Part shown: one piece after another, positions 9,720 through 19,274 of the stretch
Layout of the letters: every line of letters begins with the position of its first letter
Position numbering within the stretch: the first letter of the stretch is position 1
Source: Candidatus Multivorans sp.
GTDB lineage: Bacteria; Acidobacteriota; Thermoanaerobaculia; Multivoradales; Multivoraceae
Length of the DNA stretch: 64,000 nucleotides
Direction: 5' to 3'
Assembly: GCA_965247095.1 (NCBI GenBank)
Contig: OZ251997.1
Coordinates: 864,001 to 928,000, forward strand
The notes under the pieces: model-generated
The model's database searches: none
Told to the model about the DNA's origin: nothing
What the model saw: the letters and a program-made list of their open reading frames with translations, nothing else
Made by a program: the position numbers and the translations under genes

Positions 9720-11198
9720 CTACGCGACGATCTGGTGGATCGGCTTCGCGCCTTCGACGCCGACGAGCTTCTGGTCGAGGCCGGCGTGGAAGTACGACAG
9801 GGCGTTGGGGTCGAGACCGAGTTGCTGCAGGACGGTGGCGTGCAGGTTCTTGACGTGGAAGCGGTCGACCTCGGCCCGGTTGCCGAGTTCGTCCGTCTCG
9901 CCGACGCTGGCGCCGCCCGCAATACCGCCGCCGGCCATCCACATCGTGAAGCCGTAGGCGTTGTGATCGCGGCCGGTGCCCTCGGCGTACTCAGCGGTGG
10001 GCTGACGGCCGAACTCGCCGCCCCAGATAACCAGCGTGCTGTCGAGCAGGCCACGCTGCTTCAGGTCGCGCAGCAGGCCGGCGATCGGCCGGTCGGTCGC
10101 GCCGGCGTGGTACTCGTGGTTCTTGACCAGATCGCCGTGGGCGTCCCAGTTGTTGTCGTTGTGGTTGCCGCCGGAGTAGACCTGCACGAAGCGCACGCCG
10201 CGCTCGACCAGGCGGCGCGCCAGCAGGCAGCGGCTGCCGAAGTCCTTCGTGCGGTCCTGGTCGAGACCGTAGAGGTTCCGGATGTTCTCCGACTCGCCCG
10301 ACAGATCGACTGCTTCGGGCGCGTGCTGCTGCATCCGGTAGGCGAGTTCGTAGCTCGCGATGCGGGCCGCGAGTTCACTGTTCTCGGAGCGCGGCGCGGC
10401 ATGCTCGTCGTTGTACTCGCGCAGGCGGTCGAGCAGCCGGCGCTGCGCCTGGCGCGACATGCCCGGCGGCGGGTCGAGCGCCAGGATCGGCGTGCCGCTC
10501 GAGCGGATCACGGTGCCCTGGTAGCTGGCCGGCATGTAGCCGCTGGACCAGTTCTTGGCGCCGCTGATCGGGCCGCCGGTGGGGTCGAGCATGACGACGA
10601 AGCCGGGCAGGTTCTCGTTCTCGGTGCCGAGGCCGTAGTTCACCCAGGAACCGATGGCGGGGCTGCCGGAGAGGATGCGGCCGCTGTTCATCTGCAGCAT
10701 CGCGGAGCCGTGGAGCGGCGCGTCCGCGGTCATCGAGTGGATGAAGGCTATGTCGTCGACGCAGCCGCCGATGTTCGGGAACAGGTCGGAGACCCACTTG
10801 CCGCACTCCCCGTACTGCTTGAACTTCCACTTCGGGCCGACCACCCGGCCCTGGCTCCGCGAGCCGCCGCGACCCTTGGTGCTGATCTCGATCGTCTTAC
10901 CGTCGAGGGGGTAGAGCTTCGGCTTGTAGTCGAAGGTGTCGACCTGGCTGGGTCCGCCGTACATGAACAGGAAGATCACCGCCTTGGCCGGGCCGTCGAA
11001 GTGGGGCGGCTTGGGGGCCAGGGGGTTCTTCCACTCGGTGGCGCCGTCGGCGGCGACGGTCTGGGCGGCGAGGAAGTTGTCGTTGGACAGCATGCTCGCC
11101 AGAGCCACGGAGGTGAAGGTGCCTCCGGCTTCCCACAGGAACTCCCGCCGGGTCTGACCGCAGAAGGTGTTGCGAGGTCGATCAGCGTCGTGGGTCAT
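9720..11198 (-). CDS. DUF1501 domain protein (Tat-exported)
   Basis: TRREFL Tat-like motif, AKAVIFLFMYGGPSQVDTFDYK, CLLARRLVERGVRFVQ, WGGEFGR, GRDHN. Confidence 0.93.
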   Translation of the reverse strand: MTHDADRPRNTFCGQTRREFLWEAGGTFTSVALASMLSNDNFLAAQTVAADGATEWKNPLAPKPPHFDGPAKAVIFLFMYGGPSQVDTFDYKPKLYPLDGKTIEISTKGRGGSRSQGRVVGPKWKFKQYGECGKWVSDLFPNIGGCVDDIAFIHSMTADAPLHGSAMLQMNSGRILSGSPAIGSWVNYGLGTENENLPGFVVMLDPTGGPISGAKNWSSGYMPASYQGTVIRSSGTPILALDPPPGMSRQAQRRLLDRLREYNDEHAAPRSENSELAARIASYELAYRMQQHAPEAVDLSGESENIRNLYGLDQDRTKDFGSRCLLARRLVERGVRFVQVYSGGNHNDNNWDAHGDLVKNHEYHAGATDRPIAGLLRDLKQRGLLDSTLVIWGGEFGRQPTAEYAEGTGRDHNAYGFTMWMAGGGIAGGASVGETDELGNRAEVDRFHVKNLHATVLQQLGLDPNALSYFHAGLDQKLVGVEGAKPIHQIVA

Positions 11199-11214
11199 CG
11201 TTCTACTCCTCAGC

Positions 11215-14200
11215 TTAGTCGAGGTAGACGAACTCGTTCAGATTCAACAGCAGAAGGGAGAGACTGGCGAACGCGGCAGAGGAGTCGAAACCCTCTTCCC
11301 GCTCGAGCTCCTCGATCAGGCCGACGCCGCGGGCGATCTCCGCGGTCCTCGGCTGGCGTGCGAGCACAACCCGGAGCGCTTCGGCAACCCGGTCCTCGAT
11401 CGATCCGCCGGCGCCGCCTGTGCGATCCGCCAGAGCCGCCGCCTGCTCGCCCATGAAGGCCCCGTTGAGCATCATCAGCGCCTGGGTCGGCTGGGTGGTC
11501 GTGAAGCGGACGGGGCAGGTGGAGTCGGTGTCTGCGAAGTCCAGGCTCTCGAGCAACGGATGCAGCAGGGAACGCTTGACGTGGATGTAGATGCTGCGCC
11601 GCGAGGCCTGTTCGGGCGTCGCGTCGCCCCAGGCCTGGTCGGGCTGCGAAGCGGTGGCGAGAACCGCTGCCGGCATGGGCGGATAGACGCTGGGGCCGCC
11701 GAACTCGAGGTTGAGACGCCCGGTCGCGGCCAGGACGGAGTCCCGGATTTCCTCGGCAGTCAACCGTCTCATGTTGAAGCGGCTGAACAGGTCGTTGCCG
11801 GGATCGGCTTCGAGCGCTCCCTCGGGCGGGCGCGAGGACATCTGGTAGGCCCGGCTGGTCATCATGAAGCGGTGCATCGACTTGAGGCGCCAGTCCCGGG
11901 CCACGAACTCGGTCGCCAGCCAGTCGAGCAGATCGGGGTGGGTTGCCCCTTGCCCGAAGCGGCCGAAGTCGTTCGGGGTCGGCGACAGCCCGCGGCCGAA
12001 GTGGTACTGCCACAGGCGGTTCGCCATCACGCGGGAGGTGCGCAGGTTGCCGTCGTCGGCGATCCAGCGGGCCAGGGAGCGGCGGCGGCCGGTGGTGGGC
12101 GAGTCGGCCGGGCGCTCGGCAAGGCCCGGATCCGCGTTGCCGAGGATGAGCGGGAACCCGGGCTCGACCCGTTCCGCCGGCGCGTGCGGGTTGCCGCGGA
12201 TGAGCACGTGGGTAGGCGGCGCCTCGGGTCCGATCTCCTTGACCCGCAGCACCTCGACGTAGTTGCGCGGGTTGGGGGCATGGTCGGCGAGAGCCTGGAC
12301 CGCGTCGTTGTAGGCGCTTGCCGGCTCTGTTGCTGGGAACGCGGGCGTCTCGCCCGCCCCCGGGACCGCGGGCGTCTCGCCCGCCCCTGGGAACGCGGGC
12401 GTCTCGCCCGCATCCGGCCGCAGGCCGGCAGCCAGGACTAGCGCCGCCCCACCCGTAGCCGGATCGAGGGCCAGACCGAGGATTTCTTGCGGCGACAGCG
12501 CCCGATCGTAGAACCTCACCTCGTCCATCGAACCCGCGAAGTGGTCGCCGGCGCCGCGCCGTCCAAGGTCGAGGAACGGGGCCTGTCCCAGATCGTTCCC
12601 GTCCCCCTTGGCCTCATCGGCCGGCAGACCGTCGACGAAGAGCGCGATGGCGCCGGAGTTCCCATCGCGTGTGAACGCGGCGTGGCGCCAGTGCCCGTCG
12701 TTGTAGCTGGGTCCGGACGAGACGCTCGTCCGCATGGGGAAGCCGTCCGTCTTCTCGGAGACGTAGGCAACGACGTAGCCGTTGCCGACCATCGAAAGGC
12801 CGAAGCCCAGCAGTTGTTCCACGGAATTGACGAGAGCTCTTCCCTTCGCCCATTCGAACTGAACGCCGCCCGGCGCGCCGTCCGTGGTCCTGAACCACAG
12901 ACTGACGGTGAAGTCGTCCGCCACCGGGCGCGGCAAGCGTACCGAGTCGTTCTCGCCGTCGAAGGTGTAGGCGCCGCCGGCGACCCCGTCCGCGCCCACC
13001 TGCGCCTCCTCGACCCGGCCGTGGAAGCGGCCCCTTCGGTCGCCCGCGACCAGGGAAACCTGTTCGTCGAGCGGAAGATGGGCAACCAACCCCGTTTCCG
13101 CGGTCTTCCTGGCCGCTTCGAGTTCTTCGGCCGTGGCGGCGTCGATGAGGGACGCGGCCGACGAGCGTGCTGCCTGGATGAGCTGCCGCCGTTCGGCGCG
13201 CCAGCGCTCTGCCTCTGCTTCGGCCTCGGCGGAGCCGAGATCCTCGGGGATGAGGTCGCGGTAGTTCTCGGGCGTCGGCTGGTTGCCCCCGCCGACCTTG
13301 TAGGGCGCGATGCCCCGGAAGAACGACAGCATCCGGTAGTAGTCGGTCTGGGGAATCGGATCGCCGCGGTGGTTGTGGCAGCGGGCGCAGCCGATCGACA
13401 TGCCGAGCATGACCCGGGACGTCGTATCGAGGACCGAGTCGAGATCGTCGTACTGGGCGAGCGCGGTGTCCGTCGGCTCGTCGTCCCAGATGCCCAGTCG
13501 CAGATAGCCGGTGGCGACGATCGACGCGGCGGTGGGGTGGTCGATCTCGTCGCCGGCGAGCTGGTGGGTCAGAAACTCGTTGTACGGCATGTCCGCGTTC
13601 AGAGCGTCGATCACCCAGTCGCGGTAGCGCCAGGCCGATGGCTTCTTGCGGTCCCGCTCGTAGCCGTCGGTCTCGGCGTAGCGGACGAGATCGAGCCAGT
13701 GCCGGCCCCAGCGCTCGCCGTAGTGGGGCGATGCCAGGAGGCGGTCGATGAGGCGTTCCCAGGCGTCGGGGCGCTCGTCCTGCTCGAAGGCCTCGACCTC
13801 CTCGAGGGTCGGTGGCAGCCCGGTCAGGTCGTAGCTCGCGCGCCGGATCAGGGCCCGGCGGTCGGCGGTCGGCGGCGGCTCGAGGTCGGCCGCCTCGATC
13901 CGGGCGAGCAGGTAGTTGTCGATCGGGTTGAGCGGCCAGTCCGGGTCCGCCACCGCGGGGACGTCGGGGCGCACGAGCGGTCGGACGGACCACCATGCCC
14001 GGTCGGCATCGGTGATCTGGAACTCGTCGCCGGCCGCCGCTACTTCCGCGATGTCGTCCTCGTCGCCGCCGAAGGGCGCACCGAGCTGGACCCATTGCCG
14101 GATCGCCTCGATGTCCGCGTCGGCGAGCCTTCCTGTGGGCGGCATCTGCAACTGCTCGTCGTGGTACCCGACCGCCTGGAGCAACAGGCTCAGGCTGGGC

Positions 14201-14487
14201 TCGGAGGTGGAGATCGCCGGGCCGCGTTCGCCCCCGCGCAGGAGTCCAGCCCTGGTGGTGAGCAGCAGGCCGTTCTCGGCCCGGTCCGGGTCCGAGTGGC
14301 ACATGAAGCAGTTTTGCTCCAGCACCGGCCGCACGTTGTCTTCGAACAGCTTGATGCCGTCCGCCGGGGTTTGCGCGGTCTGGGCGCCGGCTGACGCTGA
14401 AGTCAGGAGGAGCAACACCAGTGCCGAACCCGTGCCGGAGACGGGCCGCATCCGCTGCGCCGATGCATGCATGGTGGCGGTGATCAT
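11215..14487 (-). CDS. Planctomycete-type cytochrome c / DUF1549 (PSCyt2) / LamG / DUF1553 (PSD1) protein
   Basis: CFMCH and CARCHNH heme motifs, HYGERWGRHWLDLVRYAETDG, LamG-like FTVSLWF...WRHAAF...GSMDEVRFYDRAL, ANRLWQYHFGRGL, LLNLNEFVYLD; start could be 14451. Confidence 0.92.
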   Translation of the reverse strand: MITATMHASAQRMRPVSGTGSALVLLLLTSASAGAQTAQTPADGIKLFEDNVRPVLEQNCFMCHSDPDRAENGLLLTTRAGLLRGGERGPAISTSEPSLSLLLQAVGYHDEQLQMPPTGRLADADIEAIRQWVQLGAPFGGDEDDIAEVAAAGDEFQITDADRAWWSVRPLVRPDVPAVADPDWPLNPIDNYLLARIEAADLEPPPTADRRALIRRASYDLTGLPPTLEEVEAFEQDERPDAWERLIDRLLASPHYGERWGRHWLDLVRYAETDGYERDRKKPSAWRYRDWVIDALNADMPYNEFLTHQLAGDEIDHPTAASIVATGYLRLGIWDDEPTDTALAQYDDLDSVLDTTSRVMLGMSIGCARCHNHRGDPIPQTDYYRMLSFFRGIAPYKVGGGNQPTPENYRDLIPEDLGSAEAEAEAERWRAERRQLIQAARSSAASLIDAATAEELEAARKTAETGLVAHLPLDEQVSLVAGDRRGRFHGRVEEAQVGADGVAGGAYTFDGENDSVRLPRPVADDFTVSLWFRTTDGAPGGVQFEWAKGRALVNSVEQLLGFGLSMVGNGYVVAYVSEKTDGFPMRTSVSSGPSYNDGHWRHAAFTRDGNSGAIALFVDGLPADEAKGDGNDLGQAPFLDLGRRGAGDHFAGSMDEVRFYDRALSPQEILGLALDPATGGAALVLAAGLRPDAGETPAFPGAGETPAVPGAGETPAFPATEPASAYNDAVQALADHAPNPRNYVEVLRVKEIGPEAPPTHVLIRGNPHAPAERVEPGFPLILGNADPGLAERPADSPTTGRRRSLARWIADDGNLRTSRVMANRLWQYHFGRGLSPTPNDFGRFGQGATHPDLLDWLATEFVARDWRLKSMHRFMMTSRAYQMSSRPPEGALEADPGNDLFSRFNMRRLTAEEIRDSVLAATGRLNLEFGGPSVYPPMPAAVLATASQPDQAWGDATPEQASRRSIYIHVKRSLLHPLLESLDFADTDSTCPVRFTTTQPTQALMMLNGAFMGEQAAALADRTGGAGGSIEDRVAEALRVVLARQPRTAEIARGVGLIEELEREEGFDSSAAFASLSLLLLNLNEFVYLD
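12333..12428 (-). repeat. Three tandem 27-bp REP-like palindromes plus a hairpin, in frame inside the DUF1553 gene
   Basis: Units at 12333, 12360 and 12387 (GCGGGCGAGACGCCCGCG core on the minus strand) encode AGETPA(F/V)P; same element found intergenically at 25259 and 29130. Confidence 0.9.
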
Positions 14488-14491
14488 ACCG

Positions 14492-14593
14492 CTCCTGGAG
14501 TGCTACCCGAACCGGGTGATCAACATCCACCACTCCTTCCTGCCGGCCTTCCCGGGTGGCAGCCCGGACCGGCAGGCCTACCTGCGCGGCGTC
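14492..14593 (+). pseudogene. purU: Fragment of formyltetrahydrofolate deformylase
   Basis: LLECYPNRVINIHHSFLPAFPGGSPDRQAYLRGV matches the PurU INIHHSFLPxFxGxxPYxQAxxRGV signature; no start codon and no flanking parts of the gene. Confidence 0.8.
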
Positions 14594-16358
14594 AGCGCTC
14601 CGCGCAGACGCTCCGCAGTTGTCGCCGCGCCTGGGCCAACGACGGGTCGCCTCCGGCGAAGCGTCGGCCGTCTTCGAGGAGTGCCAAAGCCTCGCCACAG
14701 CGGTCGGTCTGGGCCAGGATGGACGCGAGGCGGACACGGGCCGCCGTAAGATCCGGACGGACCGCGAGCGCGGCGGCGAATGCCCGGGCGGCTTGTTCGG
14801 GGCGGCGCAGGTCGAGGAGGATCATGCCGAGCACGAAGCTGGTCTGGGGCTCTGCGGGATCGAGCTGCTGGGCGGTCTCAAGCTCCCGCGCCGCCTCCCG
14901 CAGCCGTCCCTGGATGGCGAAGATGCCCCCGAGTTCGGTCCGCAGTCGCACCTCGTCGGGGGCGGCAAACGACGCGGATGCGAGGCCGCGCTCCAGGGCA
15001 GTGCGCGCTTCCGGGAGCCGGTCCTGCTGCCGGAGGACGACGCTCAGGGCGTGCAGGGCCGCGGCGTCCGAGGGGGCCTCGGCGACCCGGGCTTCCAGGA
15101 TCTCCAGAGCCTCGGCGGGGCGGCCGGCGGCGGCGAGGGCGCCGGCGCGCCGGGTCGACGCCTCGGCGTAGCTCGGGTCGAGCGACAGCACCCGGTCGTA
15201 TCGCTCCAGCGCTTCGCGGGGTCGGCCGGCGCGTTCGAGGACCAGGGCGAGCTGGTAGTGGGCCTGTTTGTAGTCGGGCGCCAGTTCAGTTGCCGCGGTC
15301 AGGCGCCGGATCGCCTCCAGCGGACGACCGAGGCCGGCGTGGAGTTGGGCCAACTCGAAGTGGGCCGAAGCCGAGGTGGGATCGAGCGCCAGGAGCTCTT
15401 CGTAGGCGGTCTGGGCCTGGTCGAAGTGGCCGGCGTCCATGTGAGCCAGAGCCAGGTGTTGCCGCGCCTCGAGGTTCGTGGGATCGGCTTCGACGGCGCG
15501 GCCGAAGAGCGTCGCCGCGGCAGCGAACTCTCCCGCCTGGATCGCGATCAAGCCCTGCTGGACCAGGGCGGTGCTGCCGGTGGGCAGGTAGGGGAGTTCG
15601 CGGACGAGGGGATCGTCCAGAGTGAAGTCCATGTGGCTCGCCTGTGCCAGGTGGGTGGCTGCTCGCTCCTCGTCGCCCAAGCCGCGGTACGCCATGCCGA
15701 GCGAGTAGTGACCGCGGCCCGCGGCGGGTTCGGCGGCGAGCGCTCGCTCCAGGAAGCCGGTTGCGGTCTCGGCGTCGCCGCGATCGAGCGCCAGGGCGCC
15801 GAGGCCGTAGAGCGCGGGGGCGAACTCGGACTGGACTTTGAGCGCCCGGTTCCAGAGCGCGGCGGCTGCCTCGGGACGGCCGCGCGCGGTCTCGGTTTCG
15901 GCAAGGCGGTGCAGGGCCGGGATCAGGTCGGGCTCGATCGCGATCGTCGCGCGATAGGCCGAGGCTGCCGCTTCGAGATCGCCGGCGGTCTGGCTGGCGA
16001 AGGCGGTCAGGTACGGCCAGCGATGATCGGTCGGTTCGAGGCGGCTCGCTTCCCGGTAGCAATCTTCGGCGGCCTGCAGCGCGGTGAACGCATGGCTGTC
16101 GAGCAGTTGGAGGCCGTGGTAGAGCTTGCCGAGTTCGCCGACCGCGGCTGCCAGTTCGGTGTCGGTCGCTCCGTTCGTTTCGAGGGTGCGGACGCGCCGC
16201 TCGAGGCTGGCGATCTGGGCGCGGACGGCCGGGTCGTGCGGTTCGTAGCTGGAGGGCAGCGAGAGCTGCTCGCTGCCGTCTGTGCAGGCCAGCAGGGCGA
16301 CGGCGATCGTGGCGAGTGCCCCCCGGAGCGCCCGGTATCGGGTCGGTGCGGCAGTCAT
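14592..16358 (-). CDS. Tetratricopeptide repeat lipoprotein
   Basis: ALLAC lipobox and many TPR-like helical repeats; ATGA overlap with the upstream CRTAC1 gene. Confidence 0.9.
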   Translation of the reverse strand: MTAAPTRYRALRGALATIAVALLACTDGSEQLSLPSSYEPHDPAVRAQIASLERRVRTLETNGATDTELAAAVGELGKLYHGLQLLDSHAFTALQAAEDCYREASRLEPTDHRWPYLTAFASQTAGDLEAAASAYRATIAIEPDLIPALHRLAETETARGRPEAAAALWNRALKVQSEFAPALYGLGALALDRGDAETATGFLERALAAEPAAGRGHYSLGMAYRGLGDEERAATHLAQASHMDFTLDDPLVRELPYLPTGSTALVQQGLIAIQAGEFAAAATLFGRAVEADPTNLEARQHLALAHMDAGHFDQAQTAYEELLALDPTSASAHFELAQLHAGLGRPLEAIRRLTAATELAPDYKQAHYQLALVLERAGRPREALERYDRVLSLDPSYAEASTRRAGALAAAGRPAEALEILEARVAEAPSDAAALHALSVVLRQQDRLPEARTALERGLASASFAAPDEVRLRTELGGIFAIQGRLREAARELETAQQLDPAEPQTSFVLGMILLDLRRPEQAARAFAAALAVRPDLTAARVRLASILAQTDRCGEALALLEDGRRFAGGDPSLAQARRQLRSVCAER

Positions 16359-18109
16359 TGTTCGCCTCGTCCCTGGCGCAGTTCGTGGTAAGTCCGGGGT
16401 GAGAGCGGGCCGAACGACTCCTCGCCGCCGCCGAGCCAGGTCACCCGGACATCCTCGATGGCGGCGGCGCCGAGTCCGACCAGGACTCTCGGGTCGCTGG
16501 AGGAGGCGTAGCTCCACTGCGCGCGGACGCGGCGGGTGATCATCCGGCCGTCATCCAGTGCGACTCTGACCAGGCTGCCGAGAGCGTCCCGCCTACCGTC
16601 CGCGGTGACGAGCCGTAGACCGATCCAGCCGCTGTCCTGGCCGACGACGTTCACCAGCAGCCGGACCGGTCCGTTGTTGTTCGAGATCAGGACGTCCGTA
16701 TCGCCGTCGTTGTCCACATCGCCGAAGGCGGCGCCGCGGGAGACTTCGTAGGTCCCGAAGGAAGCGCCTCCCAACGCTGAGACGTCCTCGAAGCGGCCGT
16801 CCCCGAGGTTGCGAAAGAGTTGATTCGGCTGTCCGAAGCGGCGTTCGTGGTCGGTGGCCGCGGCCGCCCGCGCGGCGGCCTCAGCGCCGGCGCGGGCCCG
16901 GTCGAGGCGACGCACGGCGCCGTTGACGGCCAGCACGTCCAGGTCGCCGTCGTTGTCGAAGTCGAACCAGCCGGTGCCGAAGCCGGTCATTGCCAAGCTG
17001 GGTGTGTCGAGTCCCGCGACCATGCCGGCGTCCGAGAACAGACCGCTGCCGTCGTTCAGGTAGAGAGTGCTCGTCTCGCCGGTGATGTGGGTCACGTAGA
17101 GGTCCTCGTCGCCGTCGCCGTCCAGGTCGCCGGCATCGACGCCCATCCCGGCTTCGGCTTCGCCCCTGCCGTTGACCGCCGAGCCTGCGAACAGAGCCCG
17201 GTTCTCGAAGCGGCCGCCGCCAAGGTTCATCCACATCTGGTTCGGCGTGCCGTCGTTGGCGACGTAGAGGTCGAGCCGGCCGTCGAGATCGAGATCGGCG
17301 GGCACGGCGCCGAGGCCGTTGCCGTACTCGGATGCGATGCCAGCCCGTTTCGTTGCGTCCTGGAAGCTCCCGTCGCCGAGGTTGCGGAGCAGGCGGTCCG
17401 GTTCAGCCCGGTACGTCTTCGGGCTGCAGTAGTCCGGTTCGCCGCTGCCGAAGGTGCACACCGTGTGGCTGCCGAGATTGAAGTCCACGTAGTTGGCGAA
17501 GAACAGGTCCAGCGCGCCGTCGCCGTCGTAGTCGAAGAAGGCCGCGGGGACGCTCCACCTGGGATCGTCGGCGCCGGCCGCCTGCGTTGCGTCCTCGAAC
17601 CGCCCTCCGCCCAGGTTGCGCCAGAGGCGGTTTGGCCCGAAGTTCGTCACGTACAGGTCGGCCTGGCCGTCGCCGTCGTAGTCCGCGGCGGCCACGCCCA
17701 TGCCGTAGCCGGTGGAGTTGAGGCCCGAGTCCGCGGTGACGTCGATGAAGCGGAGTTCGCCGCTTTCCGCCAGTTCGTTCCGGAACAGGCGGTCGCGGGC
17801 GGGGGCGCCGTCGGTAGGGGCCGCGGCGCCCGGCTCCAGGTCGGAGCCCTGCACCAGGTACGCGTCCAGATCGCCGTCGCCATCGAAGTCGAAGAGCGCC
17901 GCGCCGGAGCCCATGATCTCGGGCAGCAGGAACCGTCCCGCGCCGCCGTTCCGGTGCTGGAAGGCGAGGCCGACCTCAGCGGCGCGCTCTTCGAAGGCGG
18001 GGGGAAAAGGATGGTCCGCCGGCGGCGGTTCGGGGTTGGGTTCCACCCCGGGGCCTTCCGCGCAGCTCGCGGCGGCGAGCGACAACAGGGCGATGCGTGC
18101 ACCGACCAT
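16355..18109 (-). CDS. CRTAC1 family (FG-GAP plus ASPIC/UnbV) lipoprotein
   Basis: Repeated DFDGDGDLD / DYDGDG motifs, SRGAAFGDVDNDGD, SYASSSDPRVLVGLG; start ATG 18109 with AAASC lipobox. Confidence 0.92.
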   Translation of the reverse strand: MVGARIALLSLAAASCAEGPGVEPNPEPPPADHPFPPAFEERAAEVGLAFQHRNGGAGRFLLPEIMGSGAALFDFDGDGDLDAYLVQGSDLEPGAAAPTDGAPARDRLFRNELAESGELRFIDVTADSGLNSTGYGMGVAAADYDGDGQADLYVTNFGPNRLWRNLGGGRFEDATQAAGADDPRWSVPAAFFDYDGDGALDLFFANYVDFNLGSHTVCTFGSGEPDYCSPKTYRAEPDRLLRNLGDGSFQDATKRAGIASEYGNGLGAVPADLDLDGRLDLYVANDGTPNQMWMNLGGGRFENRALFAGSAVNGRGEAEAGMGVDAGDLDGDGDEDLYVTHITGETSTLYLNDGSGLFSDAGMVAGLDTPSLAMTGFGTGWFDFDNDGDLDVLAVNGAVRRLDRARAGAEAAARAAAATDHERRFGQPNQLFRNLGDGRFEDVSALGGASFGTYEVSRGAAFGDVDNDGDTDVLISNNNGPVRLLVNVVGQDSGWIGLRLVTADGRRDALGSLVRVALDDGRMITRRVRAQWSYASSSDPRVLVGLGAAAIEDVRVTWLGGGEESFGPLSPRTYHELRQGRGEQ

Positions 18110-18198
18110 CGCTCGGTGAAGAGCTAGGCCGACAGTTCGTGGTGGGGCCAGTTCTCGAACCACCCAGACCTCAGGGGAAGCGATCCGTTCAGCCAGCC

Positions 18199-19194
18199 TT
18201 ACCGGCGTGTGAACGCTGCACAGAGCTCCAAGAACGCCGCCTCGCTCTCGCACCTGAGCGCGGCGCGGATCAAATCGGCTTCGGGTATCTCGCCGAGTTC
18301 CGCAAGTCGCGTTTCCAAGGCCGGCGTGATCGGGAGGCCACGTTGCTCAAGGAGCGCAACCACCGCCGCGGCTCGACCTTGCGCCAAACCCTGGGCTCGG
18401 CCCTCGGCTCTGCCCTCGTCGCGGTGGTGGCGCAACCAGGAATCGTCGTCCGGCCCGGTGCCTTGGGCTGCGCCCAGCGCGATTCCGATGCGGTGCAGCG
18501 CCGCCTCGGTCCCGGCCGAAATGACGCTCTCGTTCAGTGCTCCGTGGATCTGCTCCGCAGTCCAGCCGCGGAAGGCGCGGCTGCTCCCCGCCTCTCTGAA
18601 ACGGCCGCCTTCCAGGACGTGGATCGTCAGCCCCGAGATCCGGGACTTGGGGCGGCTCGGGGAGCGTGCGTCCGGCACGTCGACCCAGACCTCGGGGAAG
18701 CCCCAGGACTCGTAGAGCGGCAGCTTGCGCACCCGGACATCGGTCGAGTAGTCGACCTCGAGGACGACATCGGGGAGGGCGCCGCCGTCCACGTCGACCC
18801 TCGGCGTCAGTTCATCAGCGGGTGACGGATGGAGGTAGAGGATCTGGTCCGCCTGCATCAACACGCGTGGCCTGGGACCGCTGCTGAACCGCACCAGGTC
18901 GGCCGCCCCGAAGGTTTCGATCGGCGACCCCCTGGAAGCTGCAATCCGTTCAGCCAGCCTTGCCAGCCGTTGTGAGGGCTGCTCGTGATGGGTCGTGGTC
19001 GGCTCGCAGACAACCATCGCGGTCGCGGTGCGTGCCTCCCAATATTCGACGCGGCCGTCGTAGTCCTCTATTTCGTGGAGCGGTATGTGAACCGCCTTGC
19101 AGCCGGGGAAGTCGACCGGGTCTAGTGGAGCTTTCTCCGGGTCGCGCCGCTCGTTCCGAGAGGACCATTCCGGTGCGTGAGCAGGCTCGACCAT
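18199..19194 (-). CDS. Uma2 family (PD-(D/E)XK) endonuclease-like protein with repeat tail
   Basis: EPTTTHHEQPS, QADQILY, PDVVLEVD, KLPLYESWGFPEVWV, C-terminal EGRAEGRAQGLAQGRA. Confidence 0.85.
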   Translation of the reverse strand: MVEPAHAPEWSSRNERRDPEKAPLDPVDFPGCKAVHIPLHEIEDYDGRVEYWEARTATAMVVCEPTTTHHEQPSQRLARLAERIAASRGSPIETFGAADLVRFSSGPRPRVLMQADQILYLHPSPADELTPRVDVDGGALPDVVLEVDYSTDVRVRKLPLYESWGFPEVWVDVPDARSPSRPKSRISGLTIHVLEGGRFREAGSSRAFRGWTAEQIHGALNESVISAGTEAALHRIGIALGAAQGTGPDDDSWLRHHRDEGRAEGRAQGLAQGRAAAVVALLEQRGLPITPALETRLAELGEIPEADLIRAALRCESEAAFLELCAAFTRR

Positions 19195-19274
19195 GGCGCG
19201 GATCCTACATCGGCGAAGAGCTGCGATGCCTCTAGCCGGTTCGGCGCCGCGATGCGCCGCGGTTCGAGTAGCCC

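Noticed and set aside
12333-12413. 27-bp repeats as a CRISPR array
   Set aside because: Directly tandem with no spacers, in frame within a CDS, and no cas genes in the window
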